Origin: an uncultured Chloroflexia bacterium
GTDB taxonomy: Bacteria > Chloroflexota > Anaerolineae > Promineifilales > UBA4811
Assembly (NCBI GenBank): GCA_963707345.1
Contig: CAVPPE010000002.1
Location: 1,015,028-1,079,027 of the forward strand
DNA: 64,000 bases
Direction of reading: 5' to 3'
In this document: piece after piece, positions 37,009-47,800 of the stretch
Numbering within the stretch: position 1 is the first letter of the stretch
Layout: each line of letters starts with the position of its first letter
Notes under the pieces: model-generated
Seen by the model: the letters and a program-made list of their open reading frames with translations, nothing else
What the model was told of the DNA's origin: nothing
Databases searched by the model: none
Made by a program: the position numbers and the translations under genes

Positions 37009-38151
37009 ATGACCGAGAACAAACCATTCACCTGGGAGCAGGTTCAATATGGGCCCAATCCCATTGTAGACATGCACGCCCACCCCTCTTTGAAAGTGTC
37101 GCTCTTTAAACGGGTCCTCACCGGCCGATTTGCGGCCAGCCGGGCATTCAACCCGCTCAGCGTGCGCACCGATTTTGAGAAATTGCGCACCGGAGGGGTA
37201 GACGTGCTGCTCTCTACCGTTTACGCCCCGGAAAAAGAGATCGTGCAGGACTGCCTTTACCTCAAGCTGCTGCGCTACCTGATGCCCATCACCTACCGGC
37301 GGATTTTTTTGAGCAACTACTTTGATGTGACGGCAAGAATGCTGCGTCAGATGGAAGAACAGGTCCAGCGCACAGACCAGGTCGAAATGGCGTTATCGGT
37401 GCGGGAGGTGGACGCGATTCTGGCGCAGGGCAGCGGCCGGCCGATTGCGGTGATCCACAGCGTGGAGGGCGGGCACAGCCTGGACGGCAAACTGGAAAAC
37501 CTGGACTGGCTCTTCAGCCGGGGCGTAGCCTATCTAACCCTGGCGCACTTTTACCCCAATGCGGCCGTCTACCCGGTTTTCCCCTACCCCGAAAGCGTGC
37601 AAAAGATGGGCTGCTTCCCATACGGCCGGGACCTGACCAAGGGGCTCACCCCGTTTGGCGAGCAGGTGGTGGAGCGGATGATGGAGCTGGGGATGATCCT
37701 GGACATCAGCCACTGCACCCCGCCCGCCCGCCAGCGCATCTACCAGATGGTCGGCAACCGCATGCCGCTCATCGCTTCCCACGTGGGCGCTTACGAGATC
37801 AACCCCAGTCCGTACAATCTGAAGGATCTGGAGATCAAGCGGATTGCCGATACCGGCGGGCTGGTGGCGGTCATCTTTATGAATTACTGGCTGATGCCCC
37901 ACGAGACCCAGCGCGGGCTCAACTTTCTCGCCCGCACCATCCAGCACCTGGTTCAGGTTGGCGGCGTGGACCACGTTGGAATTGGCACCGACTTTGACGG
38001 CTTTACGGATCCCCCGGACGATTTGAAGGACGCCTCGCAACTGCCCCGCCTGACCCAGCGGCTGATGGCGGAAGGCCATGGACAAACGCAGATTGAGAAA
38101 ATCCTGGGGGTCAACGCGTTGCGCGTGTTGCGCCAGGGCTGGCGCCGGTAG
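37009..38151 (+). CDS. Peptidase M19 (membrane/renal dipeptidase family)
   Basis: ATG 37009 with GGAG upstream. Blocks VDMHAHP, HSVEGGHSL, LTLAHFYPN, ILDISHCTP, IASHVGA, GIGTDFDG. Confidence 0.85.
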   Translation: MTENKPFTWEQVQYGPNPIVDMHAHPSLKVSLFKRVLTGRFAASRAFNPLSVRTDFEKLRTGGVDVLLSTVYAPEKEIVQDCLYLKLLRYLMPITYRRIFLSNYFDVTARMLRQMEEQVQRTDQVEMALSVREVDAILAQGSGRPIAVIHSVEGGHSLDGKLENLDWLFSRGVAYLTLAHFYPNAAVYPVFPYPESVQKMGCFPYGRDLTKGLTPFGEQVVERMMELGMILDISHCTPPARQRIYQMVGNRMPLIASHVGAYEINPSPYNLKDLEIKRIADTGGLVAVIFMNYWLMPHETQRGLNFLARTIQHLVQVGGVDHVGIGTDFDGFTDPPDDLKDASQLPRLTQRLMAEGHGQTQIEKILGVNALRVLRQGWRR

Positions 38152-38303
38152 CGGGCAATCCTGTCGCTCGCGGGTGGCAGGGTCTGGCCCGCTATGGCCC
38201 GGCCGTGCGCCCCCTGCCTGCTGCGCCAGGGTGACGGCTAGCCGGCCGGAACTGGCTGGCAGGAACCCTACTGAAACTCATCTTCAGCCTTTCGGTAGAG
38301 CTA

Positions 38304-39497
38304 GCGTAGTCCCAAGCAAGATACTTGGGAAAGTGATATACTTCCAGGTATGAGAACACCAATCTTTGTCCGAGAACTGACACCAGATGAACACAGGCAA
38401 TTGAAAGCAGGCCTGCGCTCATCAGACGCCTTTGCTGTACGCCGCTGCCAAATCATGTTGGCCAGCGCACGAGGTGAAATGGCTCCGGCAATCGCCCAAT
38501 TCCTTGGCTGCAATGACCAGACTGTCCGCGACGCGATTCGAGCCTTCAACGAACGTGGCGTGGAGGCTCTGAAACAAGGTTCTCGCCGGCCCCACAACAC
38601 CCATCCGGCTTTCGATAATGAAGGGGCGGATGCACTGCGTGGCCTGCTGCATCGCAGCCCGAGGGAATTTGACAAGCCAAGTAGTCTGTGGACCTTGGAA
38701 CTGGCAGCTGAAGTCAGCTTCGAGAAGGGTCTGACCGCCCAACGGGTCAGTGATGAAACCATCCGCCAGACACTGCTCCGTCTGGGTGTGAAATGGAAAC
38801 GGGCTAAACATTGGATCACCAGTCCAGATCCAGGGTATGAGCGAAAAAAAACGCACGGGACCGGCTGATTCGCCTGTGCCAAGCGAATCCAGATTGGGTA
38901 CAGGGTTTCTGCGATGAAGTGTGGTGGAGCCGTTTTGCCCAGCCCAACCTGTCGTCTTGGGCCGACCCTGATCAGCCACTGCGCTTGGTTGAAAAGACAA
39001 AGGCTAAAGACGACCCTGACCCCAAAGCCCTGGCTTGTTACGGCATATTGCTGCGGTGGACGCAAGAAAACGGACAAACCGACGAGAAAATCCGGCTGCG
39101 TTTCTTGGATGGACGTCCGGTCAGCGATATCACGATTCAGTTTCTTGAATGGTGTTGTAAGAGGTTGGAAGCGATGAACAAAGGTGTCCTGGCTCTGATA
39201 TGGGACAATGCATCTTGGTACATTAGTAAAACGGTGTGCTCCTGGATACGGGAACACAATCGCCAAGTGAAGCGCGATGGCCAAGGGGTGCGTACTGCGT
39301 AGCGTGGCCTGTCGCCTGCCAGTCAAGAGCCCCTGGCTCAACCCGATCGAACCCATGTGGGCGCATGGCAAACGGCGGGTGGTTGAACCGAATAGAGTAC
39401 TCTCGACCGACGAGTTGGCGGAGCGCATCTGTGCTGCCCTTGGTTGTGAGCATCAAGCGCATCTATCTATTCCCGAAAATGTCTCCTGATCCTGCAC
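38304..39497 (+). mobile_element. IS630-family insertion sequence (boundaries approximate)
   Basis: TA dinucleotides at 38302-38303 and 39498-39499 within CTAG on both sides. Imperfect inverted repeats, about 19/32 matching. Length of about 1.19 kb is typical for IS630. Confidence 0.55.
38350..39489 (+). pseudogene. IS630-family transposase: -1 slippery site A8 (38844-38851) plus a second disabling frame break near 39290
   Basis: HTH part (ORF 38350..38868) ends ...ERKKTHGTG*. The -1 frame continues KKNARDRLIRLCQANPDWVQGFCDEVWW (DDE part, 38919..39302). The last segment (39277..39489, SPWLNPIEPMWAHGK) is again in another frame. Confidence 0.75.
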
Positions 39498-39500
39498 TAG

Positions 39501-39747
39501 GCCCGCGACATGGCCGACAGGGGGTGGCGGGCGCGCAGGCACAGGCGGATCGGCACGGGTGAGGAACGCCAGATGCATCTGTACCGGCCGGTGTTCAAGT
39601 ATCAAGTTTAGCGCCTGATGGATCTGTGCGGCCGTGATAACGTGATAATCATCCAGCACCAGCACAAAATCCTGTGTAAAACCGCCCAGTTCGTTGATCA
39701 GGGCAATGAGCAGCGCCGCGGCCGAGCGACCAGGTTCTCACGGGCGG
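39501..39747 (-). pseudogene. Remnant of a MalT/LuxR-type STAND NTPase regulator
   Basis: Minus-strand reading gives EPGRSAAALLIALINELGGFTQDFVLVLDDYHVITAAQIHQALNLILEHRPVQMHLAFLTRADPPVPA (Walker B region). It lacks a Walker A and a C-terminus and abuts the IS630 end. Confidence 0.45.
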
Positions 39748-39993
39748 AAAGTACAACTTGTGGTCAGCAATGAAGCGGACACATCATCTCCTGACCGGGC
39801 ACTGCTTGGCAAGCACTTGCGATCACAACATGATTGTCAACGGGATGCTACTTATTCCTGCCAGCAGGAATAAGCCATAGGCAGCAGCGGCCCAACCGCA
39901 CCAGTTCGTGGAACTCGACGGGCTGTTGCCTGGTGGAACATCCCGCGAACAGTGGGACCAAGGCCATGGCCCCCACCCTCTCAAATCAAGCGG

Positions 39994-42444
39994 TCAGGAC
40001 TCGAGCACCCGGAGCGTGGTCGCACCAATGCGGATCAGGTCGCCCGGCCGGAGCGAGGCCGGCCGGGCGATGCGCGAGCCGTTGACGAATGTCCCGTTTC
40101 CGCTGTTCAGGTCCTCGATCAGGTAGCCATCATCCCGGCGCGCGATCGCCGCATGCTGGCGCGAAGCCTGCGCGTCGCTGACCTCTACCTCGTTTTTCGG
40201 GCTGCGCCCCAGGCGGGTCCGCAGGCCCAGCGCATAGCGCCGGCCGGCGTTTGGCCCACTTTCGACCGCCAGTTGCCACGCCGGGGCGAGCCCGCCAGCG
40301 ATCACGGTGGCATCGGCCGCGGCCGGCACGGGAGTGGGTGGATGGGACGCGGCCGGGGGCGCGGCAACCTGGGGTGCCAGCGATCGGCCGCAATTGCCGC
40401 AAAAGGTCGCGCCGGGGAGGACACCCGCGCCACAGTGCGGGCACAATCCGGCCGGTGTCGACTCGGCCGGCTGCGGATTCAGCGCCGGCCGGGGTGATCG
40501 ACGCTTGCCCCTGCTCACAAACACAACCAGGCCCCCCACCACCAGCAGCAAAATCCCGCAGCAGCCGACGCCAAGCAGCAGGATCAGGGGGCTGGCGGAC
40601 GGCAACCCGGTGGGGACAATACCACTCGCCTGAGCGCTCTCATCCAGCGAAGCGCCGTTCAGGGATGGGGTGTCGGTCAAACCTTCCACCAGAATCTGAT
40701 CGCCGTCGCGCACCTCAAACTCGAAAACGCTGCTCTTTTCGCTGGCATGATCGTACAGCCCCAGGGTCACCGGGCCCTCTCCAACGCCGGTCATCTGGGC
40801 CGACGCCACCTCGAAAAAGGGCACCCCGACAAAGCCCAGCGTGCCGTCCTCTTCCGGAACCAGCTCGAAATAGATCGCGGCCGTGTTGCCATCCACGGTG
40901 CCCTCCCGCTGATCGAACGAGAACCACTCACCGTTGGTCCCCTGGATCAGGATTGAGAGCGGCGATTTGTAGATCACAACCCCCTCGGGCGTGAGGATGT
41001 CGCCAGCGCTGTCCAGCGGCGGGAAATAGGGTTTGGACAGCGCGCGTTTCAGGGTGTAATGGCTCTTCATCGCGTCCTTCAGCCCGGTCCCGGCCGCCAG
41101 CGCATAGTAGTTGATGCAGTACTTGGCAATGTCCGGCGGTTTGCCCATGTTGGAGCGGACGTTGTGCTCCAGAGCAATCGCCATATCTCCCAGCCCGCCG
41201 CCCAGGTTTGAGACGGGAAAGCCATGCTCGAGGACCTGGTCGGTATAGTTGCCCGGCAGCGCGCCGCCATAGATTGCCAGCCAGGCAGCCAGAAACGAAG
41301 CTGAACCGTAGCTGTCGGAAAACTCGAGCGCCGCCAGCCCGAAAAAGTGATACCAGACCCCTTGCTCATCCTGAGCCAATTCCTGGCGCGGGTTGACCTT
41401 GCGCTCTGACCCGCGCGGCGTCTTGTAGGTATAGTCGCCATCCACATAACCATCTGGGTTGCGCAGCGGCATCAAGATGCTTTCCTGCTCGATGAACTGC
41501 TTGTTGGTCCCGGCACTGTCGCGATACAGGGCGGCGTGGCAGGTGACCAGCGCGTCGCGGACGTTGCCGTTGTTCTGCACCAGGCTCAGGTAAAAGAGGT
41601 CGCCTGGGCTGAGCCGATGGTTTGGATCAGTTTGCTGGCGCTCCTGTGCCAGCTGGCGCGCCGCAGCCTGCAACGCCGCCTCCTTGCCGGTGGGCAGAGC
41701 CGAACTGATAAAGGCCTTGGACACCGCATGGACGTCGGTCAGGTGGACGCCATCCTGAACCTCGTTGCCCTCGGCGATGTAGCGCTGCAGGGCGTCGGCC
41801 AGGGACGCGGTCATCTCGTTCTGGGACAGGCGCAGGGGCTGTTGACCGGTAAAAAAGCCGTTGAGGTCCATCCCTGGAAAGAAGAACATCGCCTCGGCGC
41901 AGGGCGACTGGGGCGCGGGTGCCGGGGTCGGCGCGAGTTCGGCCGGATCAAGCTCGACGGTGATGTCGACGGAGTAGCTGCCACAGACGCCGCCACACGC
42001 CTGCACAAAGACGCTGCCCGAGATCCACGAGTACTCGTAATCGGCCGGCACCTGGAAGGTGAGGTCAAACGGCAGCTCGACCGTCCGGCCGGTCACGGTG
42101 TTATCCTCGCCTTCCTTGGGCCACTGGACCGATTGATCGCCCAGGCTGGCGCTCATCGTCACGTAGGAGGTGTACCCCTCCCCCCGGCTGACGATCATCG
42201 TGCCGGAGAGGTGAATGGGGGAACCGGTATAGCGGCCGACCAGACGCGGAGGGCCATCGGGGTCCTGCGAGAAATCGGCACCCGAGACGGTTAAGGTCAA
42301 ATACATGTCGTTCGGGTCGCCGTAGGAAGCGGAAACCGAGTCTCCTTGCCGATGGGGGACAGCGGCCGGTGCAGCCAGGACGGGAAAGGCGTAGCCAATT
42401 GCCAGTGCCGCGAGCAGGATCCAGATTCTGGTTTTCATTGTCAA
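39994..42444 (-). CDS. Single-pass membrane protein: signal peptide, ~620-aa ectodomain, TM helix, cytoplasmic zinc ribbon and C-terminal FHA domain
   Basis: N-terminal MTMKTRIWILLAALAIGYAFPVLAAPA. TM helix LLLGVGCCGILLLVVGGLVVFV. Zinc ribbon CPHCGAGVLPGATFCGNCG. FHA domain LGRSPKNEVEVSDAQASRQHAAI...DLNSGNGTFVNG. Confidence 0.8.
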   Translation of the reverse strand: MTMKTRIWILLAALAIGYAFPVLAAPAAVPHRQGDSVSASYGDPNDMYLTLTVSGADFSQDPDGPPRLVGRYTGSPIHLSGTMIVSRGEGYTSYVTMSASLGDQSVQWPKEGEDNTVTGRTVELPFDLTFQVPADYEYSWISGSVFVQACGGVCGSYSVDITVELDPAELAPTPAPAPQSPCAEAMFFFPGMDLNGFFTGQQPLRLSQNEMTASLADALQRYIAEGNEVQDGVHLTDVHAVSKAFISSALPTGKEAALQAAARQLAQERQQTDPNHRLSPGDLFYLSLVQNNGNVRDALVTCHAALYRDSAGTNKQFIEQESILMPLRNPDGYVDGDYTYKTPRGSERKVNPRQELAQDEQGVWYHFFGLAALEFSDSYGSASFLAAWLAIYGGALPGNYTDQVLEHGFPVSNLGGGLGDMAIALEHNVRSNMGKPPDIAKYCINYYALAAGTGLKDAMKSHYTLKRALSKPYFPPLDSAGDILTPEGVVIYKSPLSILIQGTNGEWFSFDQREGTVDGNTAAIYFELVPEEDGTLGFVGVPFFEVASAQMTGVGEGPVTLGLYDHASEKSSVFEFEVRDGDQILVEGLTDTPSLNGASLDESAQASGIVPTGLPSASPLILLLGVGCCGILLLVVGGLVVFVSRGKRRSPRPALNPQPAESTPAGLCPHCGAGVLPGATFCGNCGRSLAPQVAAPPAASHPPTPVPAAADATVIAGGLAPAWQLAVESGPNAGRRYALGLRTRLGRSPKNEVEVSDAQASRQHAAIARRDDGYLIEDLNSGNGTFVNGSRIARPASLRPGDLIRIGATTLRVLES

Positions 42445-42608
42445 TCTCTCTCCACAGATGCAGACAAGCTCAAAGCGACCGGCAACGCGGCGTTGTGGTT
42501 GGGCGGCCGCACAGGTGCAATATATTCACAGAGTCTTTCCGTCGGCGCAATAGTACAAAGGATTCAGCGCGCGAATCCGATTTGAAATATCGTGACATCC
42601 TCTCCCCA

Positions 42609-43756
42609 CTAAAGTAAGGAGCTTCTACCGACCGAAGCTGACGCTTCGGAGCACTTTACGGTAAGGCGCTGTCCGCGCCCGAGAATATTCAAAGCGGCGT
42701 TGTGATCTCTGTCGAGCACAAGACCGCAATCAGGACAAACATGCAGACGTTCGGAGAGGGGCTTTTTAACCAAACAGCCACACCCAGAGCAGTTCTGGGA
42801 CGTGCGGTGGGGATCAACCTTGACCACTGTCTGACCAGCATTCTCGGCTTTGTAAGACAGCATCGCAAGTAGCCCCATCCCGCGTCACCCATGCTCTTGG
42901 AGACGTGGCTGCGGCACAGGCCACTCAGGTTCAATTGCTCGAGGGCGATAAACCCGAAGCGTCTGACCAGTTCAGTCGAAACCTGATGATGAAAGTCGCG
43001 GCGCTGGTTGGCAATGTGTTCGTGCCAGCGACGTATCTGGCGCGTCAGTTCGCGATATGGGCGACTGCCTCGCTGGCAACGAGCGCGGTGGCGTTGCAAG
43101 ACCGCCAGCTTTTCTTCCGATGCACGGAACCAGCGCGGGTTGTCGACTTGTTCACCCGTAGACAGGGTGGCAAAGGACGACAGGCCCATATCCATGCCAA
43201 CATCGGGGCCCATGATGTCGGCCGGTTCAGGGTCGGGCAATTCAAGCTGGAGGCTGGCGTACCAGTTGCCAAGCTTGTCCCGCTTGAGGATGACCATCTT
43301 GATCTTGGCGTCGTCTGGAAGAGCGCGGTGCTGAAAGATGCGCAGCAGACCAACATGCTGGATGTAGAGTCGATCCGCCTTGAGGCGGATACCATCGCCG
43401 TAGAGATAGCAGACCGATTTGAACCAGCCCTTCCCTTTGAAGCGCGGGTAGCCGGGTTCCGCACCCGCCTGGACGCGCCTAAAGAACGCCTGGAAGGCTT
43501 TGTCCAGGCGGCGCAAGGTCTGTTGGATAGACGAGTAGTTGAGCCAGGCTGCATCCTCGTCAAAGGTGCGCAGCTCCTTGAGCTGCTTGGCCTGGTCACG
43601 ATAGTAGAGACTGATCCGGCACTTTTGCCACGCTTCGCGGCGCTCTTGCAAGGCCGCATTGTAAAGCTGGCGATGCGCTCCGCAGTCGAGCACGCGGTCA
43701 AGCGTCTGGCGCTGCTCATTATTCGGGTAAAGGCGGTATTTGTAACTCAGCAACAT
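42609..43756 (-). pseudogene. tnpB: TnpB (IS605 OrfB) RNA-guided nuclease homolog; one frame break near 42875
   Basis: LSYKYRLYPN start. RuvC D (DVGMDMGL), E (FIALEQLN), zinc finger CSGCG...CPDCG, final D (DRDHNAALNI). The break fits a lost G in tgggg(g)cta. The ATG abuts the tnpA stop. Confidence 0.85.
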
Positions 43757-44140
43757 TTACTTGCCCGCTTGTGCCTCGATGTAGCGGCGGATCGTCTCAG
43801 CCGACACGTTGCCAGCAGTGCCCACATAGTAGCTGCGTGTCCACAGCGACGGCCGGCGGCGGTTGAGCCAGTCAAACTCTTGGCGCAGTTCGTGGCTGGT
43901 ATGTCCTTTGAGGCGGTGCATGATCTGGCGCACGGCCAAAGTGGGTGGGAACCCGGCAAACAAGTGCACGTGATCGGGCTGAATCTGCAGAGCGATCACG
44001 TCACCTTGACCTGCTGGCGAACCAGTTCGTCCAAGCGCTGGGCAACCGCATCGGTCAAGAGTGGGCGGCGATACTTGGGACACCACACCAGGTGGTAGAT
44101 TGATATTGTAGACCGCGTGCCGCGTTCGTTTGGTTTGCAC
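43757..44140 (-). pseudogene. tnpA: IS200/IS605 Y1 transposase TnpA; two compensating frame breaks (near 44098 and 43990)
   Basis: Frame A gives MQTKRTRHAVYNIN... and ...DVIALQIQPDHVHLF...SYYVGTAGNVSAETIRRYIE. The middle segment YHLVWCPKYRRPLLTDAVAQRLDELV is in another frame (ORF 43996..44205). Confidence 0.75.
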
Positions 44141-44472
44141 AAGTTGACTTTAGCACGGATGTTCGTAGGCGTCAAGAGCAATTTAGAGAAAGGAGAGAGC
44201 GACATTCCCCTCCCCGCTAAAGCAGGGAGTCCCCTGTCGCGATTATTATGGAGAAGCAGAATTCGACGCCGGCACGCCCGCGTCGAGACTCAACAAGCTG
44301 GTTCGCGCGAGTTACACAGAGGCAAAAAGCACCAACAAGGCAGTCGAAAAATCCATCAGCCCGTGGACAATGACCAAATAGGGCAACAGGCGCAACCGCC
44401 AGCGCAGGATGATGGCCAGCATGGGGGCAAAAGGCAGAAACATTCCCAACCGCCAGATGACGAAATTGAGGA

Positions 44473-44499
44473 GGTAGGGCTCGCTTTGCGAACCCTACC
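44473..44499. repeat. REP-like hairpin related to the 4424-4464 copy
   Basis: ggtagggctcgc ttt gcgaaccctacc, followed by ccctctctttc. Compare ccctaccccctgttttt at 4455-4471. Confidence 0.45.
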
Positions 44500-44585
44500 C
44501 CCTCTCTTTCTGAGCGACCAATGTCAAGTTCCGGCCGTCGTCATTCCATATCCAAACCCGGGTCCGAACCTCAGACATGGATCGG

Positions 44586-44813
44586 TCATCCCTGCAGGAT
44601 ATCCGTTTCCTCAGGTGGCGGCGCGGCCGACCTGTCCACCAGGTCGGCCTGCGCACGCAGGAAGGCACACAGGCTCTCCAGGTCGGCAAAGCCGTGGCGC
44701 TGGTGCGAGCCAATCTGCTCCAACATCACGCGCCAGCCGCTGCCGTCGCCCGAGCGCCACAGCCGCAGCAGGTATGATTGGTATTCAGATTCGGCCGGTC
44801 CGGTCATTGGCAC
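44586..44813 (-). CDS. Small hypothetical protein (75 aa) 30 nt downstream of the giant gene
   Basis: GTG 44813 (or ATG 44807). Sequence YLLRLWRSGDGSGWRVMLEQIGSHQRHGFADLESLCAFL. Co-directional with the upstream gene. Confidence 0.45.
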   Translation of the reverse strand: MPMTGPAESEYQSYLLRLWRSGDGSGWRVMLEQIGSHQRHGFADLESLCAFLRAQADLVDRSAAPPPEETDILQG

Positions 44814-44843
44814 TGATCCTGAACTGAGTAGCTCTTGATGCCG

Positions 44844-47800
44844 TCAACGGAGCACCAGGGGCAAGAATAGCATGGTTTGGGATGGCACGGTGAAACTCAC
44901 CACCGGGCTCCGCAACCCGGTCCGGCCGTCAGCATCATACGGTCTGATCCATACCTCATAGGTAGCCCCCGGCCGCAAACCGGTCAGCGACGTGCTGGTC
45001 ACATTTCCCACATTGATGGGCGAGGGACCTTCGTTGGCCTGGTAGCCGCCGGTCGTGCTCCCTTGGGTAGCCAAGTTCATCGTCCGCGCGTCAGGCAGGG
45101 GATAGAGGATGGCTTGGTAGTAGATCAGGTAGCCAGTAGCTTGGGGGGAAACGGCCCAGGATAGGTTGGCGTTTCCAGGGCTGACCTGGGTAATTTCCAC
45201 GGACTGGACGGCCGCCGGCGGTAGCGGAATCTCACCGGTAGGTGTGGCCACAGCGCTGGCCGAGACGCCACTCAAATTGTAACTGGTGTCGTAGGCCTGC
45301 ACCCAACAGGTAGCCGGTTCGGCGTTGAGCCCATTGACGCGGGCTGTCTCACTGAGACTAGAGGTGGCCTCTATCAGCGAGGGAATGCGTACCTGTCGTT
45401 CCAGCAGGCCCTGCTGGCAAGTCACCACATAGCCCGACATGTCCTGTTCGCTGTTGGGTTGCCAGCGCACCACCACGCTGCTGATGTCTTCCGGCCGGGC
45501 CTTGGTGCCCTGCGGAGCGGCCGGCGCGATGAAATCAAAGATGCGGATCGTGCCGGGCGCGTCGATGCGCTCGGCCGGCAGGAACAGGCCGGAGTTCAAC
45601 ATCGGACCGCAGGTAGCCGTGCTGGGGTCCGGGTTGTAGACATAGTTCTCGCCGCACTCGTTCACGGTCACGGCCGCGTTGTTGTCGATCCGCGCAAACA
45701 CCCGATAGGTGGCATTGGTGAGCCCGGCGATGTTCCAGGAGTAAACTCCGGTAGAGGTCAACGGGATGCGTTCCACAATCGGGCCGGCCACCGCCTGGCT
45801 GCTGGTGATGGGGTTGGTGCCGGTCATCATTTCGTAATACAGGCTCAGCCAGGCGCTGCCGGCTTGGCTGATGCTGCTGGTCCAGGTGATGGGGATGCTG
45901 GTCTGGTCCACAGCCATGGTGGGTAGCTCTCCCAGGGTCAGGCTGGGCGTAGCGCTGTTGGCAAAATAAAAGAAGCGGAATTCGGTGGAACTGCCGGTGT
46001 CACCCAGATCAACCATCCACTCACCGGGCACAGGATCGTCGATCACGATCAGGGTCTGCTCGCCGGTCACCAGCGGGCTGGTGGTGACCACCGTCGGCGT
46101 GATGGCCACCGTCACGTCGGGGTAGACCGAATTCATGTCAATGGTGCGATTGCCCGGCGGCGGTTCGTGCAAGGTGAGCGCGGGTGTGCCGTCGATCCAA
46201 GCCAGGCCGAACATGGCACTGGGCACGTCGGCACCAATGGTCACAGTCGTCTGCGAGCTGGCCTGGACCCTGGTCAGTCCCCGGTTTTGGAGGTTGATGC
46301 TGGCGGCCGCTTTGCCGTTCTCGTCAATCAGCAGGTAATCCTCGCTGCCCAGGAAAAAGCTGATGCCGCTATCAAAGCCATAGTAGGCACCCACGTCGTA
46401 ACCCATGAATATGTACGCGCCCATCACCCCCCACTCGTAGCTGGTGCAGGGGCCGTTGGTACAGAACTCGCCGAAGGCTAACTTGATGCCGTACAGCGTC
46501 ACATCATCCGGGGGCACTTGGGCCGGCCCCCAATCGATGATCAGCCCGGCCGCAATGGTGATCCTGGCTTCAAAGCGCGCCGCCACGTGCAGGGAGTCAT
46601 CGTCGGGTAGCCAGTTGTATTTGTGTTGCCAGCCCTGACCTTGCCACAGGTGAACGCGCAACATACCCCAAAGCAACTCGTTCCCCTCGCAAAGTTTGTT
46701 TGGAAAGTTGCCGGGATCAAAGCCACTATACGGGATGCACCCCTCGACCTCAAAGCCCAGATCTAACGGGCTCCAGGCGACCCAGAAATGGCCATCCACC
46801 CCCGCGCCGATGCCGGAAAAGACTTGGACGCCGGTCTGCACCTGCACGTCAAACAGCCCGCGCGAGTCAATGGTGACTATGCCGCGGCTGAAAATAGTTG
46901 AGGCGGCCGCGCTGGGTTGCATCCCCCGGAAGCGCATCTCCAGCACCACCGTGGTATAGGCATCCTGGTTCGGTTGTTGGGGGGTCAGGCTGATGGTGCC
47001 GCCGATATAGTTCAGAAAGATACCGCTGTTGCCCATGGGGATGGCCGTCTGGGGGCCGGTATCAAACGAAAAACTCATTTCGCGCAGTGAACCCTCGCAC
47101 AAAGTAAAGCTGATGCTGATCTGGGGCCCCTCGGCGATATCGCCTCCACCGGAACCGGCGTTGGGCAGCACCATGCCGGCCGTGCCGACGATGACGGTGG
47201 TATCGGGCCCATCCGGTCCTTGCTTGTCCGGGTCAAGCGGGTCACGCGGGCCAGGGCAGGCGCCGTAAAAGGTCCTCACGCTGCCGCCAAAGGCCTCATA
47301 GTTGAAACTGACATCGTCAGCGCCCTGGGTGGCGAAGGGATGATCGCTGCTAAATATCTCCACCCCCCGGGCGGTGTTGTACATGACCGTGTTGGCGCTA
47401 TCCTGAACGATCAGGTCGGGCATGCGATACTGGCGGTCGACCAGGGGCCCGCTTTCGGTCATGGCGTCATCCGGCCCACGCAGGTCGAAACAATGGACGC
47501 CGCATTGAAACACCAGTTGGATCTTGTCTTCATCTTTGATTGTCTGCCCTGGTGGGAAAAGCAACGCCTGCACGACCAACTTGGCCCCACCTAGATTATC
47601 CGGCTGGGCAATGGTGGCACCGGTCATCCGCAGCTGCAAAAAGGGTGGTATTGACGCTGGGTTAAAGGGCGAGGCGTCTTGCGGATTATGCTCGATGCCA
47701 TAGCCCGAGTCCGGCGGCGAGACCAGCAGGGTGCCGACGTTAAAGGTGCCGTCAGAAACCGAGTCTAGAGCCACCTGTCCCTCCAGTGAGGGACCTCCCT

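Larger units (their letters stand above)
42585..44250 (-). mobile_element. IS200/IS605-family element (tnpA-tnpB), boundaries approximate
   Basis: Similar subterminal hairpin-bearing segments in direct orientation at both ends: gacatcctctccccactaaagtaaggag (42594-42621) and gacattcccctccccgctaaagcagggag (44201-44229). Confidence 0.7.

Noticed and set aside
44117-44827. ORF 44117..44827 (+), 236 aa, spanning the IS605 end to the small gene.
   Set aside because: It runs across the IS605 left-end hairpin and lies antisense to the 75-aa gene. The translation is low-complexity (Arg/Pro/Gln-rich). The only gene-like signal in 44310-44480 is a short minus-strand tail of a membrane protein (MFLPFAPMLAIILRWRLRLLPYLVIVHGLMDF...), which is too short to call.
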